Source: an uncultured bacterium (GTDB taxonomy: Bacteria > Zhuqueibacterota > QNDG01 > DTFT01). Taken from it: a DNA stretch of 64,000 nucleotides. The DNA lies in NCBI GenBank assembly GCA_963736115.1, contig CAVTNR010000001.1, positions 1 to 64,000 of the forward strand. Reading direction: 5' to 3'. The notes under the pieces are model-generated. The model was given only the letters and a program-made list of their open reading frames with translations, searched no databases and was not told the DNA's origin. Shown here piece after piece: positions 23,763-33,090 of the stretch. How positions within the stretch are numbered: the stretch's first letter is position 1; the number at the start of each line of letters is the position of its first letter. A program made the translations under genes and the position numbers.

Positions 23763-23792
23763 GATACGGGACGCGGCACGCGGAGGATCGGC

Positions 23793-25148
23793 ATGGAACC
23801 AGGCTCCGGAATCTTCAACCAAGAATCCCTTTATAACGCGGTTCTGAACACGGTCAGCGATGCCATCACGGTGATCTGACAGGGACCTGAACATCGTGTT
23901 CCAGAACGAGGCGGTCATCCGTGCATACGGGCCCCGAAAAGGGGAAAAATGCTATGCGGCCTATCGGAAACGGCCTGAGCCCTGTGAGAACTGCATCATT
24001 CTGGATGTCATCCGGACCGGTGAGCCCAGAAACGCCCTGCGGGACGTCCACCTTCCTGACGGCGACGTGCTCTGGATGGAGGTGTTTTCCGGGCCCTATC
24101 GGGACGAACAGGGCGCGATCATCGGGGCCGTTGAAATCGTCCGCGACGTGACGGAGCGGATCCGTCTCAACGAGACCTGCGTCACGCTCCGGCGGGAGAT
24201 GGAGCGGCAGGCTCAGTTCCACAACATCGTCACCCAGTCCAGGCGGATGAAGACCGTTTTCAGGACAGTCGAGAGAGTGGCTTCCACGATGAGCTCGGTC
24301 CTGATCACGGGAGAGTCAGGCACCGGTAAGGAACTCATCGCGCGGGCCCTTGTTTTCAATTCGGACCGCAGGGACAAATCCTTCGTGACCGTCAATTGCG
24401 GGGCCATACCGGAGAACCTGATCGAATCGGAGCTTTTCGGCCACGTGAGGGGCGCGTTCACCGGAGCCGTGCGGGATCACAAGGGACTGATCGAAGAGGC
24501 GGACGGCGGCACCCTGTTCCTCGATGAGATCGGCGATATCCCCAGGCGGTCCAGGTCAAGCTTCTCCGTTTCCTCCAGGAAGGCGAGGTCCGGCGGGTCG
24601 GCGACACCCGCACGCGGAAATTCGATGTCCGGATCATCGCCGCGACGAACCGGAACCTCGAGGAGGCGGTGCGCGACGGCCTGTTCCGAGAGGATCTCTT
24701 CTTCCGCCTCAATGTGATCCCCATTCTTCTCCCGCCCCTGCGAGAGAGGAAGGAGGATATCCCCCCCCTGGCCGCGCACCTTCTCCAGCGGCTCTGCGAT
24801 TCCCATTCGCGGCACGTGACCGGCATTTCATCCGATGCCCTCAGGGCGTTCATGAATTACAGATGGCCGGGCAACGTGCGGGAGATGGAAAATGTGATCG
24901 AGTACGGCCTGCACCTCACAGACGAGGGCAATCCCATCAGGCCCGAACAGCTTCCGCCGAAACTTTTTGAAAAAAAGGACGCTTCGTGGAGCCCCCGCGA
25001 TTTCGTGTCCATCGAGGAATACACGAAACAGTCCATATCCCTCCTGCAAACCGATCATTCCGAGGAGCAGATCGCAGAAATCCTTGGGATCAGCAGGAAA
25101 AACCTCTGGGAGAAACGGAAACGGTGGAATCTCCAGAAACCGGGATGA
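23793..25148 (+). CDS. PAS-domain sigma54-dependent activator (bEBP, Fis-type HTH); two frameshifts
   Basis: PAS with GEKCY..PCENC, GESGTGKE, ESELFGHVRGAFTGA, FLDEIGD, FREDLFFRLNV, WPGNVRE, AEILGISRKNLWEK. Confidence 0.92.
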
Positions 25149-25241
25149 CCGGAGCGACTGAAGCGCGTTCATCCTGATTCCACTGTCCTTTGCAAACGAA
25201 GTCCCGGTTCCGTCTTCCTCCGCATCGCCACCTTTCCGCAT

Positions 25242-25413
25242 GTTACCTTCGGTAATCTTTCAAGGTCCCGGCCGTTACCTGCGGTAATCCGCGGTCTGCC
25301 TCCAGGCTGAACCCCCTCCGCCGGCAATTATCCACAACCTACTGATTTTCAATTGTTTGCAGTATCCCCTCTGCGACGGATTTCCACGCTCGTTTCCATG
25401 GCATGTTTGATGC
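25242..25413 (+). promoter_or_regulatory. sigma54 promoter with two enhancer palindromes and an IHF-like site
   Basis: GTTACCTTCGGTAATC (25242) and GTTACCTGCGGTAATC (25274); CAACCTACTGATT (25335, IHF-like); TGGCATGTTTGATGC (25399-25413, GG-N10-GC). Confidence 0.8.
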
Positions 25414-25449
25414 CTGACTCCAGTGTGAACCACACAGGAGGAAAACGTC

Positions 25450-25830
25450 ATGGAAAACAGAACACTGTATCACCAAGAGGTCAGCACCTGCCTCGAAGAC
25501 CCGGATTTTGCGCAGGCGATCCGGCGGGAACGGCATCAGGCCGAATGCGGCGTGCCGGAAAACGGGGTGTCGGATGAAAAGAACGGATTGCAGGAGGCGG
25601 AAAAATCCGTTCCTCCGGGCCGCGGAATCGTTGGATGCGTGACGCGACTGCATCCTTGCTCCGGGTGCATGATTCGTCGTCTGGGCGAGGAAAAGCCAGG
25701 CTCTCTTTTCTCCGCCCTCCATCGCTGGCACAAAACCTGGTGGCCGGGCTGGAAAATCCACCTGTACGAAAATCGTGTACGCGCCGGCAAGAGAGCGTCC
25801 GTTTCGACGCAGAGGGAAGGGGGAAAGTGA
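25450..25830 (+). CDS. Small hypothetical protein with CxxC and WHxxWWPGWK motif
   Basis: AGGAGG RBS; first gene after the sigma54 promoter; PCSGC..PGSLFSALHRWHKTWWPGWK. Confidence 0.65.
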   Translation: MENRTLYHQEVSTCLEDPDFAQAIRRERHQAECGVPENGVSDEKNGLQEAEKSVPPGRGIVGCVTRLHPCSGCMIRRLGEEKPGSLFSALHRWHKTWWPGWKIHLYENRVRAGKRASVSTQREGGK

Positions 25831-25831
25831 A

Positions 25832-26479
25832 ATGAAACATCTCTGGATCGCCCTTCTGTGGGCCGCCTACTGCTGGCTTCACAGTTACCTCATCAGCATC
25901 CGGTTTACGGAACGGATGTCCCGTCTGCTGAGAAAGTATTACGCGTTTTACCGGCTTTTCTACGTGATCGTTTCGATCGTATTGTTCATACCCCTGCTGC
26001 ATGCGGCAGATGCACTCCACGATCCGGTCATTGTCCACTATCCGAATGCCCTGAATATGGTCCGGACCGGGCTGTCGGCCGGATGCCTGCTCATGTTTTT
26101 CTGGGCGTTTTTCATCGATTACGACGCGCTTTCCTTTTTCGGGTTCCGCCAGATATCCGGACTGTTCATCCGAAAGAAACAGGAGGGACCCGGCGGCCTG
26201 AAGAAAAGCGGCCTTCTTGGAATCACCCGGCACCCGATGTATTTCGCGTTGATCGTTTATCTGTGGTGCCAGACGTTCAGGGTGATCGATATTGTCGTCA
26301 ATTCGGTGTTCACGGCTTATATCGTCATCGGGACGATACTCGAGGAGAGAAAACTCGTGCGCGAATTCGGCGAAGTCTACGTCGAGTATCAGAGGGAAGT
26401 GCCCATGCTCATCCCATTCGTCCGGTTCCGAGTCAGACCGTCTCTGGCCGCTGAAGAGATGCCGGTTGTGAAGGCCTGA
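25832..26479 (+). CDS. Isoprenylcysteine-carboxyl-methyltransferase/NnrU/MddA-like membrane methyltransferase
   Basis: Multi-TM; HSYL, YRLFY, ITRHPMY, EERKLVREFGEVYVEYQREVPM (ICMT/PEMT-like signature). Confidence 0.8.
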   Translation: MKHLWIALLWAAYCWLHSYLISIRFTERMSRLLRKYYAFYRLFYVIVSIVLFIPLLHAADALHDPVIVHYPNALNMVRTGLSAGCLLMFFWAFFIDYDALSFFGFRQISGLFIRKKQEGPGGLKKSGLLGITRHPMYFALIVYLWCQTFRVIDIVVNSVFTAYIVIGTILEERKLVREFGEVYVEYQREVPMLIPFVRFRVRPSLAAEEMPVVKA

Positions 26480-26528
26480 GCCGCTTCCGGCGGTAGGCGC
26501 TGGACCCGGTTATGGCACCGTTGAAATG

Positions 26529-26595
26529 AACCTCCCGCGGATTTTTACCGATCCGCGGGAGGTTTTTTCTGGTTCCCACGCTCCGCGTGGGAGCC
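26529..26595. repeat. Family B palindrome (terminator-like) followed by family D palindrome
   Basis: AACCTCCCGCGGAT-N8-ATCCGCGGGAGGTT plus TTTT; GGTTCCCACGCTCCGCGTGGGAGCC. Confidence 0.75.
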
Positions 26596-26634
26596 AGAGG
26601 AAAAGGGAATAGTTTCTGAGAGATTGAAAAAGAC

Positions 26635-26687
26635 TTGACAACTAAGCCAAAATGCATTAAATTATAAACGTATATTTATATGTTTAT
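26635..26687 (+). promoter_or_regulatory. sigma70 promoter with adjacent ArsR-type operator
   Basis: TTGACA (26635)-N17-TAAATT (26658); inverted repeat ATAAACGTATA-TT-TATATGTTTAT (26664-26687). Confidence 0.7.
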
Positions 26688-26695
26688 GGGATCAT

Positions 26696-27031
26696 ATGAA
26701 TGACATGCGAAAACTGGCCTTTCTATTCCAGACTCTCTCGGACGCAAACCGGCTGAGTCTCCTGAAAACCATCGGTACCCGTTCCCTCTCGGTGTCCCAG
26801 CTGGTCGAAGCCACCGGCATGTCCCAGCCGCTGGTATCGCATCATCTCAAAGTGCTCCGGGAGAGGGAAATTCTGAAAACCGACAGGAAGGGGCCGTTCG
26901 TCTACTATAGCCTGAAGGACAGCCGTCTTTTGGACATTCTGGGCATTTTTTCCGAAATTGCTGTTTCCGCCACCCGAATCGAACCGAACCAGAGGGCATT
27001 CCGCTGCCCGGACTGGTTCAGAAAACGCTGA
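26696..27031 (+). CDS. ArsR/SmtB-family transcriptional regulator
   Basis: FQTLSDANRLSLL, SVSQLVEATGMSQPLVSHHLKVLRE, RKGPFVYYSL. Confidence 0.93.
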   Translation: MNDMRKLAFLFQTLSDANRLSLLKTIGTRSLSVSQLVEATGMSQPLVSHHLKVLREREILKTDRKGPFVYYSLKDSRLLDILGIFSEIAVSATRIEPNQRAFRCPDWFRKR

Positions 27032-27068
27032 CCGGGCTCGATTCTGCGAGCCCCTCCCGGAGGATCCG

Positions 27069-27689
27069 ATGGAACTGAAAGAGAAACTGGCCGGATTTAT
27101 GATGGGGAAGATGGATCCGGAGGAAAAACGAAAGATGATGGGCGCCATGATGGATCGGTTTTTCTCCGACCTGACAGCCGAAGACAGGCAGAAAATGATG
27201 GACGGAATGATGGACAAGTTCATGGCCTCCATGAGCCCTGAGGAGAAACAATCGATGATGCGCAATATGATGCCGAAAATGATGGGAGCCATGTCGGGCG
27301 GCGGAGGGATGATGGGAAACATGATGTCCATGATGATGGGGATGAAAACCGCATCCAACGCCGCCGGGAAAGAGTCGCCGGCAGGCGGCGCGGAAGGCCC
27401 GAAGGACGGTGGTGAGCCACAGATGGACATGTGCCGCAAGATGATGTCCAGGATGATGGGCAGCATGGACCTTGGGGCTAACGCGGATCAGACGGATGAG
27501 ATGAGGCCGCTTTTCGAGGAATGGATGGGCCAGATCGAAGAAGAGGTCCTTGCACAGGCGCGGGGATCCGCGGCGATCGATATCCCGGCGATTGCGAAGA
27601 ATCTCAAACTTTCAGAGTCGAGTGTCGCCACTGTTCTGACGAGACTGGCCCGAAAAGGAAAAATCGAATTCCATCCGAAAAACGGCTGA
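27069..27689 (+). CDS. Methionine-rich repeat protein with C-terminal winged-HTH-like segment
   Basis: GGAGG RBS; about 38 Met in 206 aa; three 20-aa repeats; IAKNLKLSESSVATVLTRLARKGKI. Confidence 0.8.
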   Translation: MELKEKLAGFMMGKMDPEEKRKMMGAMMDRFFSDLTAEDRQKMMDGMMDKFMASMSPEEKQSMMRNMMPKMMGAMSGGGGMMGNMMSMMMGMKTASNAAGKESPAGGAEGPKDGGEPQMDMCRKMMSRMMGSMDLGANADQTDEMRPLFEEWMGQIEEEVLAQARGSAAIDIPAIAKNLKLSESSVATVLTRLARKGKIEFHPKNG

Positions 27690-27735
27690 TGCAGCGCGAG
27701 ACGAACCGCGTTCAGATGATGCCCTGTAGTTATCC

Positions 27736-27843
27736 GGTTCCCATGGTCTCTGTGGAAACCCGCTTTTTAGACGCTCCGCGTCCTTCATGAAAAAGCGCGG
27801 AGCGCCTGAAGAATTGCGTTCCCACGCGAAGCGCGGGAACGAG
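27736..27843. repeat. Family D REP doublet (REPIN-like)
   Basis: GGTTCCCATGGTCTCTGTGGAAACC..GACGCTCCGCG..CGCGGAGCGCC..GTTCCCACGCGAAGCGCGGGAACGAG. Confidence 0.7.
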
Positions 27844-27879
27844 ATACATGAAACCCTAATAGAAAGAGCGGGAGTCACC

Positions 27880-28191
27880 ATGATTTATTCGATCGTCACC
27901 ATGATCATCAAGAAGGGAAAAATGGACGAATTTCTCAAGGAATGCGGGAAAATCCGTCCGAAGGTTTTAGCCGAGGCGGGATGTCTGATGTACGATTACA
28001 CCCGCGAGATCGAAACCGGATCCGACCGGCAGGAGCCGCTCCATCCGGATCGCATCACGCTGTACGAGAAATGGGCGTCCAGCGAAGCGCTTGACGTTCA
28101 CAACGGGATGTCCTACATGGATGAATTCGGCGCGAGAGTCGCGCCCTTGCGGGAAAGCGTCACAATCAGGACCGGAGTTGAAGCCATTTGA
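27880..28191 (+). CDS. Antibiotic-biosynthesis monooxygenase (ABM/YgiN-like) domain protein
   Basis: IKKGKMDEF, VLAEAGCLMY, LYEKWASSEALDVH. Confidence 0.85.
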   Translation: MIYSIVTMIIKKGKMDEFLKECGKIRPKVLAEAGCLMYDYTREIETGSDRQEPLHPDRITLYEKWASSEALDVHNGMSYMDEFGARVAPLRESVTIRTGVEAI

Positions 28192-28281
28192 ATGGAAACG
28201 CGGAAGCGCATCGGAGGTCTTCTGTCTCTACCGATCTCATTTAAACCGGTAGCCTTGGCGTTCCGCGCCGGCTGTGAAGTG

Positions 28282-28329
28282 GCGCAGAGCGCCTGAAAAC
28301 AAAGTACCCACGCGGAGCGTGGGAACGAG
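28282..28329. repeat. Family D REP-like copy
   Basis: GCGCAGAGCGCCTGAAAACAAAGTACCCACGCGGAGCGTGGGAACGAG; a degenerate copy is at 28986-29033. Confidence 0.7.
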
Positions 28330-28372
28330 AGGGAAAAACGGGAAAGAACACCATCACCTGAAGGAGTCTGTG

Positions 28373-28930
28373 ATGAAGAGTGAAAGAAATCGATGTCGTC
28401 GAATGGCCGGACTTTACATGCACGTTTTGTTCTTCCTATGCTTATTCGCGTTGAGCGCGTCCGGTCTGGTCGCGGCGGATGCACTCAAACCGATCAAGGC
28501 CAACGGCCTCATCACCCCGGCCGAGGCTACGGCGATCATCGGCGGACCGGTCAGTCCTCCCGAAGAGAAGTTCCGTGAATTCAGATCGCAGAAAAGCTGG
28601 ATGTCCACCTGCACCTGGTTTAGCGAATCAAAAGGCATCAGCGTCGCGGTCACGCTTACGCCCATCCGATCGGATCTGACATGTGAAAAAGCCTATGCCC
28701 AATACGTCGCCGGGATGGAAAAATCACTCGGCATGAAATACACACTGGCGCCGATCGCTGGAGTCGGGGAGAAAGCAGGCTGGGACAGTGACATGAAGCA
28801 GTTGATCGTTTTCAAAAAGCCGGTCCAGATGGTGCTAACCGTTTCCGGATCGCGAATCGGGAAAGAAGCGGCCTTGGATATGGGTAAAAAGATCGCTGTA
28901 AAAATGATGAGCCGGGTGACTGAAAAATGA
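28373..28930 (+). CDS. Secreted hypothetical protein (DUF3558-like)
   Basis: GAAGGAG RBS, signal peptide, LITPAEATAIIG, IAGVGEKAGW. Confidence 0.6.
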   Translation: MKSERNRCRRMAGLYMHVLFFLCLFALSASGLVAADALKPIKANGLITPAEATAIIGGPVSPPEEKFREFRSQKSWMSTCTWFSESKGISVAVTLTPIRSDLTCEKAYAQYVAGMEKSLGMKYTLAPIAGVGEKAGWDSDMKQLIVFKKPVQMVLTVSGSRIGKEAALDMGKKIAVKMMSRVTEK

Positions 28931-29260
28931 ACAACATGAAATCACTCGATGCCGGAGTTTGAGCCTTAAAATCGGAACCATCCAGGCGCAGAGCGCCTGA
29001 AAACAACGTTCCCTCGCAGAGCGTGAAAACGAGAACGAAACGAGAACGAAAACAAATGTTTATGTAAAAAATCCAGTGGTTGCATTTTTTAAAATTAAGT
29101 GTCATTTAAGAAAGCAATACAGGGAACTCATTCGTTACATCTTATTTTGAATATCTGCAGTCATTTAGCGGTTTTTTTGCTTAAACTCACCTGAAAATTA
29201 CCCTTGTATTTTTAAATGGTTTCCTTTAAATTACCCTTGTATATTTAAAGGGGTCATTTA

Positions 29261-30577
29261 ATGAATCGTTCTATCACTCAAAAGTTACTCTCCTGGAAAA
29301 ATCAGCCCAACCGCAAACCGCTCATTCTGCGCGGCGCCAGGCAGGTCGGAAAGACCTGGTCAGTCCTGGATTTCGGTGAAAAGCATTTCGAAGGTTCGGT
29401 TCATCTCGTCGACCTTGAGAAACACCCGGATTGGCACGGCATTTTCGACCAGAATCTCGTCGCCTCCCGCATCCTGTCGGAATTGGAACTGCTTCTGGAC
29501 CGTTCGATCCGGCCCGGCCGGGACCTTCTCTTCTTTGATGAAATCCAGAGCTGCCCGAGGGCGATCTCAGCCCTGCGTTATTTCTTCGAGGAGATTCCGG
29601 ACCTTCATATCATTGCCGCGGGTTCGCTCCTGGAGTTCGCCATGGGAGAAGTCTCCGTTCCCGTGGGCCGGATTCAGACACTGAACATGCATCCGATGTC
29701 TTTTGCTGAATTTCTTCAGGCGACTGGAAGGTCGAAGCTGGCGGAGGCGCTTGGGGAGACGCCGCGGAGACTCTCCGACCCGGTGCATGAACAGATTCTG
29801 GAAATTCTGAGGGTTTATTTTTTCGTGGGCGGCATGCCCGAGGCCGTGAGCCGGTATATCGAAACCGGAAGCATCCGGGACGCTTTCGAAGTGCAATCGG
29901 AACTTCTGAACGCCTTCCGCCAGGATTTTCTGAAATATGCGCCCTCTGCGGACAAGCAATGCATGAACTCGGTGCTCGGTTCGGTCGCCCAGGCAGTGGG
30001 ACGGCAGATCAAGTATTCAAAACTCGCCGATGGTTTCTCGAACCCGACTCTCAAGAAGGCCTTCACGCTTCTTTCTCAGGCCCGGCTTTTTCACAGAGTC
30101 CTTTGCGTGAAAACGCCGGTCATCCCGTTCGGCGCGTCCGCTTCGGACCTGCGGTTCAAGGCTGTATTTCTGGATGTCGGCCTGATGCAGAGGCTGGCCG
30201 GGATCCCGATGGATGTGGAATTTCAGAAACAGGACCTGCTGGCCGTTTACGAAGGCGGCCTCGCGGAACAGTTCGTCGGGCAGGAACTGCTTGCCGCGGG
30301 GGAGGAAGCGCTTTTTTACTGGGCCAGGGACGCTAAAAGCAGTTCCGCGGAAGTGGATTATCTGCTGGCCGCCGGAAGCCGGGTGATTCCAGTGGAGGTG
30401 AAAAGCGGATCCGCGGGCAGGCTCAGGAGCATGCATCAGTTTTTGAAAATCGCCTCCGCGGAAACAACAGGCGTCGTGCTGTCGTGCTCGCCGTTCTCCG
30501 CACTGCCCGATCAGAGACTCGACTTCCTTCCGCTGTATTACGCGGCATCGCTCGTATCGGGCCGGGATGGGAAATAG
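29261..30577 (+). CDS. AAA_14 ATPase with DUF4143 and C-terminal PD-(D/E)xK-like domain
   Basis: RGARQVGKT, FFDEIQ, AAGSLL, VGGMPEAV, AEVDYL..PVEVKSG. Confidence 0.92.
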   Translation: MNRSITQKLLSWKNQPNRKPLILRGARQVGKTWSVLDFGEKHFEGSVHLVDLEKHPDWHGIFDQNLVASRILSELELLLDRSIRPGRDLLFFDEIQSCPRAISALRYFFEEIPDLHIIAAGSLLEFAMGEVSVPVGRIQTLNMHPMSFAEFLQATGRSKLAEALGETPRRLSDPVHEQILEILRVYFFVGGMPEAVSRYIETGSIRDAFEVQSELLNAFRQDFLKYAPSADKQCMNSVLGSVAQAVGRQIKYSKLADGFSNPTLKKAFTLLSQARLFHRVLCVKTPVIPFGASASDLRFKAVFLDVGLMQRLAGIPMDVEFQKQDLLAVYEGGLAEQFVGQELLAAGEEALFYWARDAKSSSAEVDYLLAAGSRVIPVEVKSGSAGRLRSMHQFLKIASAETTGVVLSCSPFSALPDQRLDFLPLYYAASLVSGRDGK

Positions 30578-30606
30578 ACAAATTCGTCTTAACACTCGGA
30601 GTGTTC

Positions 30607-30831
30607 ATGACGTTTCCGGATCAAATACGGCACCGAATCGGAACTGTCATCCGTTCCCGGGGAATCGCGTATTCTCAGGCGGGCAGAGTGCTGGAACTCA
30701 AAGGCGGACCCTATCACGCGGAAGATGCTGAAGATCAATTGACAGGTTCCCGGCGCGGAGTGTGGACGAAAGGAGCACGGAAAGGACCGGAAACGAAGAG
30801 CGGTCCCGGAACCGCAAGGGAGAAGAGATGA
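30607..30831 (+). pseudogene. Probable 5' stub of a larger gene (SWIM/SNF2-type N-terminus)
   Basis: IRSRGIAYSQAGRVLEL resembles N-termini of SWIM-SNF2 proteins (recollection, not searched); reads into low-complexity sequence and stops at the next ATG. Confidence 0.35.
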
Positions 30832-32998
30832 AAAAGCATTGGCTGTTCGTGTTCGCGGCCTGCAGTCTTCTTCTGGCCGCCTGTTCGGACAAGGGATCGA
30901 CCTCCCCCTCGAAAGGGGACGGCAAGGCCGTCAAGACCGAAACCATCGGCTCCGACGGAGGCGTGCTCGACACGGAAAATATCAGCATCGAGATCCCGGC
31001 CGGGGCCTTTGATGGGGAACAGGAACTGACCGTTTCCACCACCTCCGCAGCGAAACCCTTCGGTGAAAACTGCATTACGACCCTGTACCGCCTGGACGGG
31101 CTTCCGGAGACTTTCTCGAAGCCGCTGACAGTCCGTCTCCGGTACCAGGGAAATCTGTCCGAGGCAAGCTGGGTCGCCGTGGGCATGCCCATGATTTCAA
31201 CCACGCAGTATGAGGAAGCGACCGGGTATCTCCTGAACGCAGCCCGGGATTCATCGGGCTTTCTGGTCTGCGAATTCGAGCCGCCGCCGGACGGCGCGCC
31301 GAAAACGGGAATCGCGCAGTACGACCGGCACGCCGATGGCCCGGGTTCATTCTACTTCGGCGGCGTCACCGGGCCGAGCCCGCATACCACGGAGCACTTC
31401 GAGATCATCGCGCCTTCCGGAAAAGCCGACGCGAACCGCTCTCGCCCGGACGGGCGAGTATCTGGAGAACGCATACGATGTGATCGGCGAATTCTTCGGA
31501 TTCAGTTACGACCGAAGGAGTTCATGGCCCATCCAGGTGACCCTGGGTGACCTGAGTCCCAATCTGACCCTGGTGGGGGCATGCTTCATTTCCGGCTGGG
31601 GCCCCAATTTCTGCTTCCTGAAGTTCGAAGACGATTACGCCATTCATCCCCAGCACGACAAGGAACTGCGGACGACGACCGGGCACGAGTTCTTTCATCT
31701 GGTCCAGTTCTTGTACAGCCCGGCCAACAATTGGATCCCCGGAAACTGGCAGAAGTATACTGGCTGTGGGAGTCCGCTTCCACATGGGGGAGGAACACTT
31801 CGCCGTGGTCCAACAATACGTGTCCGGCACCTTTCTCCAACGGGAAATGGAAGCGTTCAACGGCATGCAGCCAGACGAGAAACGAGGATGCCGGCGTTCA
31901 CGGTTACGGGATGGCCGTGATGATGAAATACCTGGAATTGAAGCACGGGACGGATATTGTGCGGAAGATCTTCGAGACCGTGCGTGACGAAGGGGAACAC
32001 CCCGTGGACGCCGTTCTCCGCAACACGGATACGCCGGCTCTCTGGCTCGAGGATTTTTTCGCGGAATTCGTGACCGGGAAGATTTACACGATGGACCCTG
32101 AGTTTTTCATGAACGCGTTCAACGGGACTCTTTTCGAGTTGAAGGCGGGAGGGCCGACGACGTTCCAGTTCAGACGGGCGTACCGGGACCTGTCCGCGTG
32201 GGTTTACCCCATCAAGCTGGAGGATCCGGCCGTCCCGTCCGGAACGGCCATCCGCTTAGAGGCAGTCGGCGGTGATCCGACCGGGACCGAGATTACCGTG
32301 TTCGAGTTCAACGGCGGCCAGCGATCGACACGGAAAATCGCCTACGGCGTGGGCCGTGTCACGGTCGGCAGGCATCCGCGAGATGACGAACCGAGGCTCG
32401 CACCTGCTGGCCATGGTCACGAACACCCGTCACAGCGAGCCCTACACGGGCACCGTGGACATCACGCTTTCTGGCGAAATTGTCACGGCCTCGCAAAACC
32501 TCACCTTCAACCGAGCCTGGGTCAGCCTGGGTGACATCCCGGTTCACTATGACCGGGAATACACGGATTCCGGAGGAGGGGCCAAGGTTTCCGAGAATAT
32601 CCTTTTTTACAGCTCCCAGTCCTCGTCCGGATCCTGCGCGGGAGGCGAATACAGGGGCACATGGGACATCACCAATTCGAACGGGCACTGGCAGGGCGAA
32701 ATCAGCGCGCTGTTTGTCGGCGATCCGCCCCAGTCCATTGCGGAGCTCAACTGCACGGAGACCATCGAATGGACCGGCCAAACGAACACTTACACGATCA
32801 GGGCCGTGGACATTCCGCTGGATGTGTCGCGCGACGGGTTGGGCCTCCTTCGAAGCGCGGGGTCAGGACGCCATCAGCAAGATCGTACGACTGGAGCACA
32901 CCATCACGCTGACCGGGTGGCAGGATACGATCCGGGACTGGTACTACGACTCGTACTGGCCGTCCGACATCAAAGCCTATTTTTGGACGGAGCAGTAG
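30828..32998 (+). CDS. Lipoprotein with ZU5-like domain and HExxH metallopeptidase motif; multiply frameshifted
   Basis: Lipobox LLAAC; TIGSDGGVL..IEIPAGAF..FSKPLTVRL (ZU5-like); TTGHEFFHLVQ..WLWESASTW; pieces 30762-31550, 31336-31920, 31581-32534, 32272-, 32480-32998. Confidence 0.7.
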
Positions 32999-33035
32999 GC
33001 GGGGTGATTATGACGACCCCGGGGTTTGAGGACCG

Positions 33036-33065
33036 TTTACGGACACAAATGGTGACCTCAAACGG
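33036..33065. repeat. Degenerate copy of the ORF6N internal palindrome
   Basis: TTTACGGACACAAATGGTGACCTCAAACGG versus 14100-14129 TTTGAGGTCACAAATTGTGACCTCAAACGG (26/30 identical). Confidence 0.65.
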
Positions 33066-33090
33066 TTGGCAACAATTAAGGAGACATATC

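Noticed and set aside
380-33000. Widespread pseudogenisation or programmed frameshifting
   Set aside because: Breaks are single-base indels, often in homopolymers, scattered over unrelated genes with intact catalytic motifs; sequencing/consensus error is the simpler explanation (needs read-level confirmation).
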